Position numbers and translations under genes: made by a program. Under the pieces are notes generated by a model, which saw nothing but the letters and a program-made list of their open reading frames with translations, made no database searches and was not told the DNA's origin. This document shows, in pieces, positions 21,061 to 31,607 of a DNA stretch of 64,000 bases. The first letter of the stretch is position 1; each line of letters opens with the position of its first letter. The stretch is from Vicinamibacteria bacterium (GTDB lineage Bacteria; Acidobacteriota; Vicinamibacteria; Marinacidobacterales; Marinacidobacteraceae): positions 128,001 through 192,000 of the forward strand of contig CAXXLQ010000004.1 of NCBI GenBank assembly GCA_963668695.2, in the 5' to 3' direction.

Positions 21061-23097
21061 CTACCTTCCGACCACCGAACGGACCGCGTCGCAGACCGCC
21101 TCTTCCGTCAACCCGAGGCGGCGAGCCAACTCGGGCCCGGGAGCGGACGCGCCGAAGCGGTCCACGCCGACAACGGGTCCATCCCCCACGTAGCGCTCCC
21201 AGCCCAGCGTCGCACCGGCTTCCACCGCGACCCGCGGCACTCCGGCGGGCAGCACGCTGCCCCGATAGTCGGAGTCCTGGGCCCCGAAGAGTTCCCAGCA
21301 CGGGAGGGAGACAACCCGGACCCCAACGCCCTCGGAGTCGAGCTGCTCCGCGGCGGCCACCGCGAGACACACCTCGGAACCGGTGGCGATCACCACCGCC
21401 TGCCGGGCGGAATCCGGTTCCCGGAGCACGTAACCGCCGCGCCCGAGACCGGCGGCCCGTTCCGGGGTGGTCAGGACCGGCACCTTCTGCCGGGTGAGAA
21501 CCAGCGCCGTGGGGCCCTCGGTGCGGCGGAGCGCGTGCCGCCACGCCTCCACCGTTTCGTTGGCGTCGGCGGGGCGGACCACGTGGAGGTTCGGCATGAC
21601 GCGGAGCGACATGAGGTGCTCCACGGGCTGGTGGGTGGGGCCGTCTTCCCCGACCCCCACCGAGTCGTGGGTCCAGACGTAGACCACCGGCAACCCGGAA
21701 ATCGCCGCCAGCCGCACCGAGGGGCGCATGTAGTCGGCAAAACAGAAGAACGTGGAAGCGAAGGTGCGGAACCCGCCGTGGTAGGCGATTCCGTTCGCCG
21801 CGGCCCCCATCGCGTGCTCGCGGACTCCGTAGTGGAGGTTGCGGCCGCTCGCGTCGCCCCGGGACTGGGAACCGAAACCGACCAGCGCGGTCTTGGTCGA
21901 ACAGGACAGGTCGGCATCCCCGCCGAAGAACTCGGGGATGCGCGCCGCCAGCGCATTCATGGCCTTCCCGGAAGCGTCGCGGGTGGCCAGCCGATCCCCG
22001 GGACCGAAGACGGGAAGCCCCTCGTCCCAGCCTTCCGGCAAGCCGTTCCCGAGACGGCGTTCCAACTCGGCGGCCTGCGCCGGGGCTTCGGTCCGGGCCC
22101 GCTCGAGCAGGCCGTACCAGGCGCTGCGAGCCGCCTCCCCTTCCCCGGCCCGCTGCGCACAGCGCTCGCGAACTTCAGCCGGAACCGCGAAGACGGTCTC
22201 CGGATCGAGCCCGAGGGCCGCTTTGGCGGCGGCCGCCTCTTCGGCGCCCAGCGGAGCCCCGTGGGCGGCCGCTTTGCCGGCCTTCGTCGGCGCGCCGTAG
22301 CCGATCGTCGTGTTCACCACGATCAACGACGGCCGCTCCGTCTCCGCCACCGCACCGGCGATCGCCGCGTCGATTCCGTCGAGGTCGTGGTTGCCGTCGG
22401 CAACGGTCTGCACGTGCCAGCCGAGCGCCCGGTGGCGGGCGCCCACGTCCTCGACCGAGAAGGACAGCGAAGCCGGCCCGTCGAGGGTGACGTCGTTTTG
22501 GTCGTAGAGCCAGACAAGCCGCCCGAGTCCGAGTTGGCCGGCCAGGGAAGCCGCCTCACAGCACACGCCTTCCATGAGGTCGCCGTCGGACACCAGCGCG
22601 AAGACCCGGTGATCCACCAGCCCGGGGAACCGCGCCCGGAGCGCTCGCTCCGCGATCGCCATGCCCACCGAGTTCCCCGCGCCCTGCCCCAGCGGTCCGG
22701 TGGTGGCCTCGACCCCGGGAGTCGCGAAGGTTTCCGGATGTCCCGGGGTGCGGCTCTCCCACTGCCGGAAGCTCCGGATGTCGTCGAGGCTCACCGAATA
22801 GCCGGCAAGGTGCAGGAGTCCATACAGCAGCATCGAGCCGTGCCCCGCGGACAGCACGAAGCGGTCCCGATCCGGCCAGCCGGGATCGGTCGGGCACGTC
22901 TTCAGGTGCCGGCTCCAGAGCACCCAGGCCATCGGCGCCGCTCCCATGGGAAGCCCCGGATGGCCCGAATTCGCTTTCTCCACGGCGTCGATGGCGAGTC
23001 CGCGGAGTGCGGCGATCGCCTGGGAATCGACTTCGTCGAACGGGCGGTGGGAAGGGGCCAGCTTAGCCAAGAAGCGCGGGACGGTAGCATGTTCCAA
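21061..23097 (-). CDS. tkt: Transketolase
   Basis: [44 protein letters not shown] and [16 protein letters not shown] motifs. Confidence 0.97.
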   Translation of the reverse strand: MEHATVPRFLAKLAPSHRPFDEVDSQAIAALRGLAIDAVEKANSGHPGLPMGAAPMAWVLWSRHLKTCPTDPGWPDRDRFVLSAGHGSMLLYGLLHLAGYSVSLDDIRSFRQWESRTPGHPETFATPGVEATTGPLGQGAGNSVGMAIAERALRARFPGLVDHRVFALVSDGDLMEGVCCEAASLAGQLGLGRLVWLYDQNDVTLDGPASLSFSVEDVGARHRALGWHVQTVADGNHDLDGIDAAIAGAVAETERPSLIVVNTTIGYGAPTKAGKAAAHGAPLGAEEAAAAKAALGLDPETVFAVPAEVRERCAQRAGEGEAARSAWYGLLERARTEAPAQAAELERRLGNGLPEGWDEGLPVFGPGDRLATRDASGKAMNALAARIPEFFGGDADLSCSTKTALVGFGSQSRGDASGRNLHYGVREHAMGAAANGIAYHGGFRTFASTFFCFADYMRPSVRLAAISGLPVVYVWTHDSVGVGEDGPTHQPVEHLMSLRVMPNLHVVRPADANETVEAWRHALRRTEGPTALVLTRQKVPVLTTPERAAGLGRGGYVLREPDSARQAVVIATGSEVCLAVAAAEQLDSEGVGVRVVSLPCWELFGAQDSDYRGSVLPAGVPRVAVEAGATLGWERYVGDGPVVGVDRFGASAPGPELARRLGLTEEAVCDAVRSVVGR

Positions 23098-23198
23098 GCG
23101 GCATTTCGCCCCCTGAACGACACCCGGAGCCGAGGATCCAAGAACTGCCCGTGCTGCCCGCTCGTTCAGGAAGGCAGAACCGCCGGAGCCCGTCGCAC

Positions 23199-23933
23199 AT
23201 GCCGTTTCCCCTCCTTTCCGAACCGAAGCACCCTTTCGCTCCGGGACGCGGACTGATCCTCGCCGCCGCGCTCGCGCCCGCTCTCCTCGCGTGCACCGAG
23301 GGGGTCCAGCACACCCCGCTCGGGGCCGCGGCCGCAGCCGGAGAGCTCGAAGCGGTACAGGCGCTCCTGGAACACGGGGGCGCCGACCCCGACGCCATCG
23401 CCGAGGCCGGCTGGGCGCCCCTCCATCTCGCGTCGCGGCACGCCGATCTCGCCATCCTCCACGCGCTGGTGGCGGCGGGCGCCGACGTCGAGTTGCGCGA
23501 CCACCACAACGGCTGGACGCCGCTCCTCCACGCCATCCACGTGAGAAACGAACCGGCGGCAGCCGCTCTCCTCGAGGGCGGGGCGAACGTGAACCGGGCC
23601 GGCGAGAGCGGAATCACTCCGCTGATCATGGCTTCCGGCTACGGCATGACGGACACGGTGCGTCTGCTGCTCGACCGCGGGGCGGATCCGCGCGCCGAGA
23701 TGAGCGGGCTCAACGCTCTGTGGGCGGCGGCCGGTGGAGGAGCCATCAATGACTTCACCGACGGACCGCCGCTCGGGCAATGCTTCCCCGAGGTCATCGA
23801 GATTCTGCAGGCGCGCGCGCCGGATCTCCGGATGGGCAGCGGCATCCGGAGCCGGATCCTCGGGTGGCTGGCCGATGACGGGTGCGAGCCGCTGGTCGCG
23901 GCTCTCGTGGCCGAGAGCCGTACGTCCGACTGA
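23199..23933 (+). CDS. Ankyrin-repeat protein, probable lipoprotein
   Basis: Repeats [31 protein letters not shown]; lipobox-like ALLAC. Confidence 0.85.
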   Translation: MPFPLLSEPKHPFAPGRGLILAAALAPALLACTEGVQHTPLGAAAAAGELEAVQALLEHGGADPDAIAEAGWAPLHLASRHADLAILHALVAAGADVELRDHHNGWTPLLHAIHVRNEPAAAALLEGGANVNRAGESGITPLIMASGYGMTDTVRLLLDRGADPRAEMSGLNALWAAAGGGAINDFTDGPPLGQCFPEVIEILQARAPDLRMGSGIRSRILGWLADDGCEPLVAALVAESRTSD

Positions 23934-23977
23934 GCGCCGGTCGGGCGAACGGACCCGGTGCTCTCGCTGGGGAGGCC

Positions 23978-24200
23978 CGAGCAGCCTGTGGACAAAGTCC
24001 CGCGGCCCAGTTCTCCCGGTGGGGGCTCGAGCGGCGATCCATCCCGGCTGAAACGCTCGGTTCCACCTCGCTCGTCGTTGCACTTAGGTCGAAATACACT
24101 CGGGCCAGTTCTCCCGGTGGGGGCTCCTCCCTCGTGCGCCTTGTCAGCCGGGCGCCTCGCCGCTCTCGGCGCTCACGCCACTTTATCCACAGGCTGCTAG
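23978..24200. mobile_element. MITE
   Basis: CGAG-CAGCCTGTGGA...TCCACAGGCTG-CTAG; the right CTAG carries the ltaE stop. Confidence 0.8.
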
Positions 24201-25273
24201 GCCGGAACGGCGCTGAGGACCTCGGCGAACGCGCCGAGCGCTTCCTCGACGTCCTCGTCGGAAATCCCCAGGTGGGGGATGACGCGCATCGCGCCGGGCG
24301 ACGCCGGCAGCACCGCGACCCCGCGGTCCAAAAGCCCCTCGGCCAGCCGGAAGGCGTTCATGCCGGGAGTCCGGAAGCGGACGATGTTCGTCTCGACGCT
24401 CGCGGGATCGGCCGAGATCCCGGGGAGTTCAGCCAGTCCTTCGGCCAGCCGCCGGGCCCGGCGATGGTCCTCCGGGAGTCGCGCCCGGTGGTTCTCCAGC
24501 GCGTGGAGAGCCCCCGCCGCCATGATCCCCGCCTGCCGGAAACCGCCGCCGAAGAGATGGCGGAACCGCCGGGCTCGCTGGATCATGGAGGCGCCGCCCG
24601 CCAGGCAGGACCCCATCGGAGCACCGAGACCCTTCGAAAAACAGACGCTCACCGTGTCGAAGCCCTCGGTGTAGCGGCTCTCCGGGATCCCGGTGGCGGC
24701 GGTGGCGTGCCAGAGCCGCGCCCCGTCGAGATGGGTCGCCAGACCGAGTTCGCGCGCGGTGTCCGCGACCTCCCGCAGAACGTCCAGCGGCCAGACCGCG
24801 CCGCCGGCGCCGTTATGCGTGTTCTCGGCGGCAAGGAGCCGGGCAACCGGATAGCAGGCCTCCGGCACCATGGGGTGCGGGCTCCGGACCGCGTCTCGCA
24901 CCTGCTGCGCCGAAAACACTCCACGTTCCCCGTCGAGACCCACGACGGTCGCACCGGAGAGCGCGGCCGGGCCTCCGCCTTCCACGAGATAGGCGTGGGC
25001 GCGGCGCTCGGCCAGCATCAGATCGCCCGGCTCGGTCTGGCAGCGGATGGCGATCTGGTTGCTCATCGTGCCGGTCGGGGTGAACACCGCGGCGTCCTTG
25101 CCGAGGACCTCGGCGGCGCGCTCTTCGAGACGGCGGACCGACGGATCGTCGCCGTATACATCGTCGCCCACTTCGGCGGCGGCCATGACCGCCCGCATTT
25201 CCGGCGTGGGGAGCGAGACGGTGTCGCTTCGGAGATCGATCCGGACCGGTCGTCCGGCGGCGGTCTGGGGCAT
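24197..25273 (-). CDS. ltaE: Low-specificity L-threonine aldolase
   Basis: IDLRSDT, VGDDVYGDDP, TGTMSNQ, ENTHN, HLDGAR and CFSKGLGAP motifs. Confidence 0.93.
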   Translation of the reverse strand: MPQTAAGRPVRIDLRSDTVSLPTPEMRAVMAAAEVGDDVYGDDPSVRRLEERAAEVLGKDAAVFTPTGTMSNQIAIRCQTEPGDLMLAERRAHAYLVEGGGPAALSGATVVGLDGERGVFSAQQVRDAVRSPHPMVPEACYPVARLLAAENTHNGAGGAVWPLDVLREVADTARELGLATHLDGARLWHATAATGIPESRYTEGFDTVSVCFSKGLGAPMGSCLAGGASMIQRARRFRHLFGGGFRQAGIMAAGALHALENHRARLPEDHRRARRLAEGLAELPGISADPASVETNIVRFRTPGMNAFRLAEGLLDRGVAVLPASPGAMRVIPHLGISDEDVEEALGAFAEVLSAVPA

Positions 25274-25305
25274 TCGAGTGTCCTCTCGGTTCCGCAGGCG
25301 CGGAT

Positions 25306-26382
25306 CTAGCGCGTGATGCGGCGGATAGGGGCGAGCCGGCGGCGAACGGCGTCTCCCCGACCGCCCGCTTCGACGAGTTCCCACAGCCGGTCCACGAACT
25401 CGCGGTCGGCGAGCCCGGGGGGAGAGCCGCCGCGTTCGGGCGTGGAGAGTCCCAATTCGGTGCGGCAGGCGTCCACCGCACCGGCCAGCCCCGCGTCGAA
25501 GACCCGGAGCGCTGAATCGTCAAGGTCATCGCCCTCGGCGGGAAGCGCGGCCTCCGAGCCGGACCCGGCGCAGCCGGCTTCCCCAATGAGAACGCGGAGC
25601 TGCACGACATCGCCCCCGGCGAACATGGTCAGGGTGCGGTAGCCCAGGGTCTGACTGACCGCATCGTGAATCCGCCGCAGTTCGGCCACCGGGGTTTCGT
25701 GTTCGCACACGTTGATGTGGGTCGAAATCCCATCGTCGCGGCGCGACCCGCCTTCCCGGGGGTCGGCGACCAGCACTCCCGCGGACTGCCGCCGGCCGCG
25801 CCGGGCGTCGCCACCCGCGGCCTGTCCGGCTTCCAGCGCGGAGATCAGGCGGTCCGCCAGCGAGAGGCCGCTGCCCCGCGTGCCTTCGAAGTCCTCGGCG
25901 ACGGCGTCCACCACCTGGGGACCCACGAGCAGATTGCCCTGCGCCGCGTAGTCCGGGCCCGCCCGGTGCCCGGCCCAATCGTTGGTCTCGGCGCCGGTGT
26001 GCTGGGCCACCCCGCCGGACAGCCCGACGACTCCGACCTGCCGGAATTCAGCGCTCTCGTCGTGAGCGAGTCGGTCGCGGAGCGCTTCTTCCGCGGACAT
26101 TCCGGACGCCAGGCGGCTGAGCAGCTCCTCGCCGTACTGGGTGCGAGTGCGGGCCTGGGTCGCGACCGCACCGACCCCGCCACGAACCCACGGCACTCCG
26201 TTGGCGACGCACGGGTTCCGGGTGGTGACCGCCACCCCCGATTCGCCGGTCTCGGGGTCCACGGCGGCGATGGAGAAGGTGTGGAAGTTGGTCTCTCCGG
26301 GAGGAAGCCCCTCCTGGGCAACACCGGGAAGAGCGGTCCCGCCCACGAGGAGCGGCAGTGTGATGAGCAGGATTCGGGGCAC
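25306..26382 (-). CDS. DUF1028 family (Ntn-hydrolase-like) secreted protein
   Basis: HTFSIAAVD..GVAV, GVGAVATQA, RQVGVV, AQGNLLVG, GGDARRG.QSA; GTG start before a signal peptide. Confidence 0.85.
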   Translation of the reverse strand: MPRILLITLPLLVGGTALPGVAQEGLPPGETNFHTFSIAAVDPETGESGVAVTTRNPCVANGVPWVRGGVGAVATQARTRTQYGEELLSRLASGMSAEEALRDRLAHDESAEFRQVGVVGLSGGVAQHTGAETNDWAGHRAGPDYAAQGNLLVGPQVVDAVAEDFEGTRGSGLSLADRLISALEAGQAAGGDARRGRRQSAGVLVADPREGGSRRDDGISTHINVCEHETPVAELRRIHDAVSQTLGYRTLTMFAGGDVVQLRVLIGEAGCAGSGSEAALPAEGDDLDDSALRVFDAGLAGAVDACRTELGLSTPERGGSPPGLADREFVDRLWELVEAGGRGDAVRRRLAPIRRITR

Positions 26383-26617
26383 GGAGCAATCGTACTCGCG
26401 GGGAGAGCAATACCCGGGCGAGTAGCGATATGGGCTTGCGGTGCAAGTGCAGTCTGGCCGGAATGCCGGTCGTCGAGATGGTGCCCCCGGTGGAGGCCGG
26501 CACCGCTGCGCGGAGCGCAGCGAAACCCGCATGATCGGGTCGGCCCGTTCACCCGCCCCCTTGAAAAAGGTGGTGCGGCACTCACGTTGGCAGAGCGCGA
26601 CGTCATCGACATTGGTT

Positions 26618-26774
26618 TCGCGCTCCCGCGCGATGCTGGCCAGTTCTCCCGGTGGGGGCCTGAAGACCGGCGCTCCTGTGCGCGCTCCATTTGCGCGGTT
26701 GGCGATGGGAGTTTCGCGGCCTGCGGCCGCGATGCCGGCCAGTTCTCCCGGGGGGGCCTGAAGACCGGCGTTCC
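26618..26774. repeat. Two tandem REP-like elements, each with the 19-bp GGCC insertion
   Basis: GATGC(T/C)GGCC-AGTTCTCCCGG(T/G)GGG-GGCCTGAAGACCGGCG(C/T)TCC at about 26632 and 26731. Confidence 0.75.
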
Positions 26775-26778
26775 GGGT

Positions 26779-28248
26779 CTACGCGAAAAAGCGGGATAGA
26801 CGGGCGGAATCCGGCGGCGGCGTGAGGCGGGAGACCACCACCAGGGCCAACGCCGACACGATCGTGATCGCGGCGGCCGGTTCCACGCCGCTACCCCCGA
26901 TCGTCCAACCAGGGGCGCCCCCGGAGGAAACGAAGAAGAAGGTCCAGAGCAGGAGTCCACTGAGAATCCCCGCGGCAGCGCCGGCCCCCGTGCTGCGCTT
27001 CCAGTAGAGGGCGCCGATCAGAACGGGGAAGAACGACGTGAAGCCCGAAAGGGCCCAGACGCCAAGGCTGAAGACCGTCTGGGTGGACACGAGACTCAGG
27101 ACGAACACCACGACCAGAAACCCGGCCACGAAGATGCGGCCGAGAAGGGCCTGACGGCTCTCGCTCCACTTCGCGAACCGGGGGACGCGAGCCGCGGCGT
27201 TCTTGGTGAGCATGGTTCCCACGGCGAGCGTCTGGGAATCCAGCGACGACATGATCGCGGCGAACACCCCGGCTGCGAGCAAGCCGGCCAGCAAGCTCCC
27301 GGAGTGCTCGCGGATCAGCAGGATGATGACCGGCCCCGTCGCGTCCAGGGGAACATCGAGCCGGCCCAGCGCCCCGAGCACCACCGAGGGGAACCACACC
27401 GCGGCGATGCAGACCGGGTAGGCGAGCACCGGCAGCCGGAATGCCTCCGCGCTCCGCGCCGACATCCAGTGGCTGAAGATGTGAGGAAAACACGAGGTGG
27501 ACAGCGGGACGAAGAGATAGGTCGCAATCTGGATCCAGTCGCGCGGAGACCGCGCCAGTTCCAGGAGTTCGGGGGACTGCTCGCCGAGCCGCGCCATCGC
27601 GGGAACGAAGCCACCCATTCCGGCGGTGATCACGAAGAAGGCGAGCCCGCTCACGGCGATGAAAACCAGCGTCTGGAAAGTGTTGACGAGCGCGGTGCTG
27701 CGCATCCCGCCCAGGACCACGTAGATCAGCACCACCAGGCACATCACCAGGCTGCCGGCCCACGCCGGAATGGCGACATCCGCATCCGCGATGGCGGCGA
27801 GCGCATCTCCTCCGCCCTTGACCCCGATGAGCACGTACGGGACAAGCCAGAGCAGGGAAGCCCCGAGCACCAGCAGGCCGAGCGCGGGGGATCCGTAGCG
27901 CTCCTCGAAGAACTCGGCCTGGGTGGCGAACCCGTGGCGTTTGCCGAGGCGCCAGAGGGGAACGCCGATGACGAGGAAGGTCATCGGGATGACGATCGCC
28001 GAGCTGGTCGCCATGAGGGCGAACACCCGGATGCCCTGCCGATAGGCCTCGCCGGAGCCGCCCAGGATGGTGAAGGCCGTCATGTTCGTTCCGAAGAGCG
28101 TCATCAACAAAACGAACGGCCCGATCGAACGGCCGGCGAGGAAAAACCCCTCCCCCCCACGGTCCGGGCCTCGCGCGCGTCCGAGCCGCGATCCGAGCCC
28201 GATCCCGATGACCGCGGCGAGATAGAGGGCGACGACCGCGAGCGTCAT
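26779..28248 (-). CDS. Sodium:solute symporter (SSS, PutP/PanF-like)
   Basis: FFLAGRSIG, GGMRSTA, AAIMSSLDSQ and GALYWKR motifs; about 13 hydrophobic segments. Confidence 0.92.
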   Translation of the reverse strand: MTLAVVALYLAAVIGIGLGSRLGRARGPDRGGEGFFLAGRSIGPFVLLMTLFGTNMTAFTILGGSGEAYRQGIRVFALMATSSAIVIPMTFLVIGVPLWRLGKRHGFATQAEFFEERYGSPALGLLVLGASLLWLVPYVLIGVKGGGDALAAIADADVAIPAWAGSLVMCLVVLIYVVLGGMRSTALVNTFQTLVFIAVSGLAFFVITAGMGGFVPAMARLGEQSPELLELARSPRDWIQIATYLFVPLSTSCFPHIFSHWMSARSAEAFRLPVLAYPVCIAAVWFPSVVLGALGRLDVPLDATGPVIILLIREHSGSLLAGLLAAGVFAAIMSSLDSQTLAVGTMLTKNAAARVPRFAKWSESRQALLGRIFVAGFLVVVFVLSLVSTQTVFSLGVWALSGFTSFFPVLIGALYWKRSTGAGAAAGILSGLLLWTFFFVSSGGAPGWTIGGSGVEPAAAITIVSALALVVVSRLTPPPDSARLSRFFA

Positions 28249-28259
28249 GAACCCTGGCT

Positions 28260-28499
28260 CTACTGACGTTCTTCGATGCTGGCGGAAATGGACCGGTCGG
28301 CGACGGCTACGGCGCCGGGCAACAGGATCCGAACGGCGAACCAGAGGTTGAGCGTCGAGATCCCGACGACCACGAGTTCCAGGGCGAGCCCGAACGGCGC
28401 TCCGAACAGCGTGGGCTCAGCCGGCGCCAGCGCCACCAGCAGGTGCAAGAGAACGAGCGCCGCCACCCCGGCGAACAGCCGGTTTCGGGCCCGGTTCAC
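28260..28499 (-). CDS. Small two-TM membrane protein, probable SSS accessory subunit
   Basis: 79 aa, two hydrophobic helices, immediately upstream of the SSS gene. Confidence 0.6.
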   Translation of the reverse strand: MNRARNRLFAGVAALVLLHLLVALAPAEPTLFGAPFGLALELVVVGISTLNLWFAVRILLPGAVAVADRSISASIEERQ

Positions 28500-28506
28500 G
28501 GGCGTG

Positions 28507-29670
28507 TCAGCGAGCCCGGAGTTCGTGCGTCCGCTTGAAGTTGAACCTCAATCCGACGGTGCCGGTGAAGTTGTTCTGGGGCGCGCTGATGTGCCTGGCA
28601 AACAGCCGGACTTCGGCGAACGCCTGCATCCGGCCGGCGCCGGTGTAGTTGGGCAGGTTGAAACCGGCGGTGCCGAATACCCCGCCGTCCAGAATCTCGG
28701 AGTCGCCGATCCCCCAGGCGCCGGCTCCCAGTCCGAAGAACCCCCCGGGAGTCTGCCGGGTAAGGATCAGGTCCAGCGAGGATCCGATCCAGAAGTTGTG
28801 GGCAAAGCCGCCGCCAGCCCGGACCGTCACCGCGTTGGTCCGCTCTGCGAGAGCATCATGCGGGACGGTGACCCCCATCCCGGCGCCGCTGAGCCACGCT
28901 GCCTCGGGGCTGGGAAAAATGTCCGCTCTCTCGCTCTTGTAGGTTCCGGTCACGAAGTCGGCAATCGGCCAGAACCGCGGGTACAGGGCGTCCACACCCA
29001 GGTCCGCACTGCTACACGTCCCGGTGACGCCCCGGTCGTCCGCAATCGTCACGGTGGCCTCATAGGTGCCGCCCCCCAGGAGGATGAACCGGCGTTCGCA
29101 TTGGTCGCTGGCATCAAGGGTCGAGATCTGCACGCCGTCCTGCAGGACCGTGATGTATCGGGTCGCAATCTCGCCGGTCGCGGCGGTAGCGTCACAACTG
29201 TTCACCACAAAGTCGGCCGCGAGATAGTGGGTTGCCTGTTCGGGCGCGCTGATGCTCAGCGAACAGGTCGGCGTGCCCGCCTCCAGCGACACAGTGGCGC
29301 TCGCCGATTGCGGGGAGCCGGCCCCGCTTACCGTCGCTTCGGCCCGCCAGGTGCCGGCTTCCCTCAACTGACCGGTCCAGGAATAGCGCCTTCCGTCGCG
29401 GTCCATCGTGAGGTTCTCGCTCCCCCCCGAGGGAGAAGTCAGGGTCACGTTCAGCCGTGCTCCCTCCGCGAGGCGAACGTCGACCGTCACCCGCGCCGCG
29501 GAGAACGCGTACTCGCCGGACACCACGAAGTGGATCACCGGCGAATCCTGAGGCAGTTGCGCGGCAGCGGGCCCGGCGATCCCCGGCGAGACGGCAAGGA
29601 CCAGGAGGGCGAGAGCCCAGACCAGAGCCTTCCCCGGACGAAAAGCGCGACGGTGCGTCAGATGGGTCAT
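28507..29670 (-). CDS. Secreted hypothetical protein (beta-rich N-domains, possible C-terminal outer-membrane barrel)
   Basis: Signal peptide; alternating beta-strand pattern; ends FTGTVGLRFNF; purine-rich RBS. Confidence 0.6.
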   Translation of the reverse strand: MTHLTHRRAFRPGKALVWALALLVLAVSPGIAGPAAAQLPQDSPVIHFVVSGEYAFSAARVTVDVRLAEGARLNVTLTSPSGGSENLTMDRDGRRYSWTGQLREAGTWRAEATVSGAGSPQSASATVSLEAGTPTCSLSISAPEQATHYLAADFVVNSCDATAATGEIATRYITVLQDGVQISTLDASDQCERRFILLGGGTYEATVTIADDRGVTGTCSSADLGVDALYPRFWPIADFVTGTYKSERADIFPSPEAAWLSGAGMGVTVPHDALAERTNAVTVRAGGGFAHNFWIGSSLDLILTRQTPGGFFGLGAGAWGIGDSEILDGGVFGTAGFNLPNYTGAGRMQAFAEVRLFARHISAPQNNFTGTVGLRFNFKRTHELRAR

Positions 29671-29733
29671 GATGTTCCCTTCCCCTACTCGGTCTGGACG
29701 GTTAGAGGGTGGCGACCTGGCGGCAAGTTATAC

Positions 29734-29761
29734 AAAAACGGCCGGTTACGGGAACCGGCCG
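29734..29761 (-). terminator. Intrinsic terminator in the leader of the 29670 gene
   Basis: Minus strand CGGCCGGTT-CCCGT-AACCGGCCG followed by TTTTT. Confidence 0.65.
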
Positions 29762-29942
29762 CCCTCGCCGAACAAGCCCGAAAAAGCTAAAGCAAAACTT
29801 GAACTTCATTATACGGGCGGCTTGACGACGGATGCGGAATAGCTCCGCACCGGCAAGAACATCCTGCCGAGCCGAACCGAGTACACCCGAACGCCGAACT
29901 CGGGCACAAGCTTACTTTCCTCCCGGTAAATCCTCCACCCTG

Positions 29943-29987
29943 GCAGCCGGTGGGCAAAGTGGCGTGAGCGCTTTGCCCACCGGCTGC
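29943..29987. repeat. Minimal MITE derivative (17-bp perfect inverted repeat)
   Basis: GCAGCCGGTGGGCAAAG-tggcgtgagcg-CTTTGCCCACCGGCTGC; the ends match the MITE TIRs. Confidence 0.65.
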
Positions 29988-30018
29988 TGACAACGACCAA
30001 AACGGGGCGCGCTGATAC

Positions 30019-30456
30019 CAGCCGGTGGTGGAACTCGCGTGAGCGCCGAGAGCGGGGAGGCCCAGTTCTCCCGGTGGGGCCAGTCCTCCCGGTGGGGGCC
30101 CGGCTGACAAGGCGCGCGAGGGAGGAGCCCCCACCGGGAGAACTGGCCCGAGTGTATTTCGACCGAAGCGCAACGCAGAGCGCCGCAAAGCGGCGCGGTT
30201 CAGACGGGATGCATCGCCGCTCGAGCCCCCACCGGGAGAACTGGGCCGCGTGAGTTTCACCACAGGCTGTTAACAGCCGGTGGTGGAACCCGGGTGAGCG
30301 CCGAGAGCGGTGAGGCGCCCGGCTGACAAGGCGCGTGAGGGAGCAATACCTGGTGTATTTCGACCGAAACGCAACGCAGAACGGAGCGAAGCGGAGTGGT
30401 TCAGCCGGGATGCATCGCCGCTCGAACGCCGCCTGGGTTTCACCACAGGCTGTTAA
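30019..30456. mobile_element. Two tandem MITEs joined at TTAA
   Basis: CAGCCGGTGG...CACAGGCTG-TTAA(30270)-CAGCCGGTGG...CACAGGCTG-TTAA(30453). Confidence 0.85.
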
Positions 30457-30509
30457 AGTCTCCGGTCGGTTTGAGTTCGGAACCGGATATCCACCCCGCG
30501 CGTGGCGGG

Positions 30510-31607
30510 ATGCGGCTTCACCTGGAGGACGGTGCCGGCTTTTCTGGCACCTCGTTCGGCGTCAGCCTGGATCGACCAGTGGCGGGGGAAGTTGTGTTCA
30601 ACACCGGCATGGCGGGCTACGTGGAAACCCTTACCGACCCGTCGTACCGGGGGCAGATTCTGGTTCTCACGTATCCCCTGCAGGGGAACTACGGCGTTCC
30701 GCCGGCGCGCCCCGACGGCTCCATCGCCGGGCCCTTCGAGTCGGGTCGGATTCAGGTCCAGGGCCTGGTGGTCCAACACCATGAACCGCACTACAGCCAC
30801 CACGCCGGAGTCCGCTCCCTCGGCGCCTGGTTGAAGGCCGAGGGGGTTCCCGGCATCGAGGGCGTGGACACCCGGGCCCTGACCATGCGTCTTCGCGAGG
30901 TCGGGACGATGCGCGGCGTGCTTTTCCCGGCCGGCCTGGCGCCTTCCGAAGCCTTCGAGAGCGCTTCCGCCGTCGAAATGCATCGCCAGGTCTTCGAGGA
31001 GGTCGTGCCGCGAACCCCCGTGCGCTACGGCCCCCCGGACGGGCCGGAAGTGCTGCTGGTGGACGTGGGCGCCAAGGACAACATCGTCCGCTCGCTGGTC
31101 TCCCGGGGCGCGCGGGTTCACCGGGTGTCGGGTCTCGCACCGTTTGCGGAGGCCGCCCGCTCCGCCACCGGGATCGTGCTCGGGAACGGCCCCGGCGATC
31201 CGGGCGACCTTCAAGACCTCGCGAGCGAACTCCGATCGGTGATGGAGTGGTTCCAGGGTCCGATCTTCGGTGTCTGCCTCGGCAATCAGCTCCTCGCCAT
31301 GGCGGCGGGAGCCCGGACCTTCAAGCTGCCCTACGGGCATCGCAGCGTGAACCAGCCGGTTCGGGATCTCGTGAGCGGCCGCTCGTTCATTACGAGCCAG
31401 AACCACGGTTACGCGGTGGACGAAGCGAGCCTGCCCGACGGCTGGGAGCCGTGGTTCGAGAATCTCAACGACGGCACCAACGAGGGGATCCGGTCGCTCG
31501 CGCGGCCCTTCCGGAGCATCCAATTCCATCCGGAAGCTCACCCCGGCCCCGAGGATACGGCCACCCTCTTCGACGATTTCCTCGAGGCGTGCGTTAGCAG
31601 CCTGTGA
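30510..31607 (+). CDS. carA: Carbamoyl-phosphate synthase small subunit
   Basis: GEVVFNTGMAGY, LTDPSYRGQIL, NGPGDP, GVCLGNQ, SQNHGY and QFHPE motifs; the TGA stop lies inside the MITE end. Confidence 0.96.
   Translation: MRLHLEDGAGFSGTSFGVSLDRPVAGEVVFNTGMAGYVETLTDPSYRGQILVLTYPLQGNYGVPPARPDGSIAGPFESGRIQVQGLVVQHHEPHYSHHAGVRSLGAWLKAEGVPGIEGVDTRALTMRLREVGTMRGVLFPAGLAPSEAFESASAVEMHRQVFEEVVPRTPVRYGPPDGPEVLLVDVGAKDNIVRSLVSRGARVHRVSGLAPFAEAARSATGIVLGNGPGDPGDLQDLASELRSVMEWFQGPIFGVCLGNQLLAMAAGARTFKLPYGHRSVNQPVRDLVSGRSFITSQNHGYAVDEASLPDGWEPWFENLNDGTNEGIRSLARPFRSIQFHPEAHPGPEDTATLFDDFLEACVSSL

Noticed and set aside
20800-23256. 818-aa plus-strand ORF
   Set aside because: Antisense shadow of tkt, typical of high-GC codon bias.
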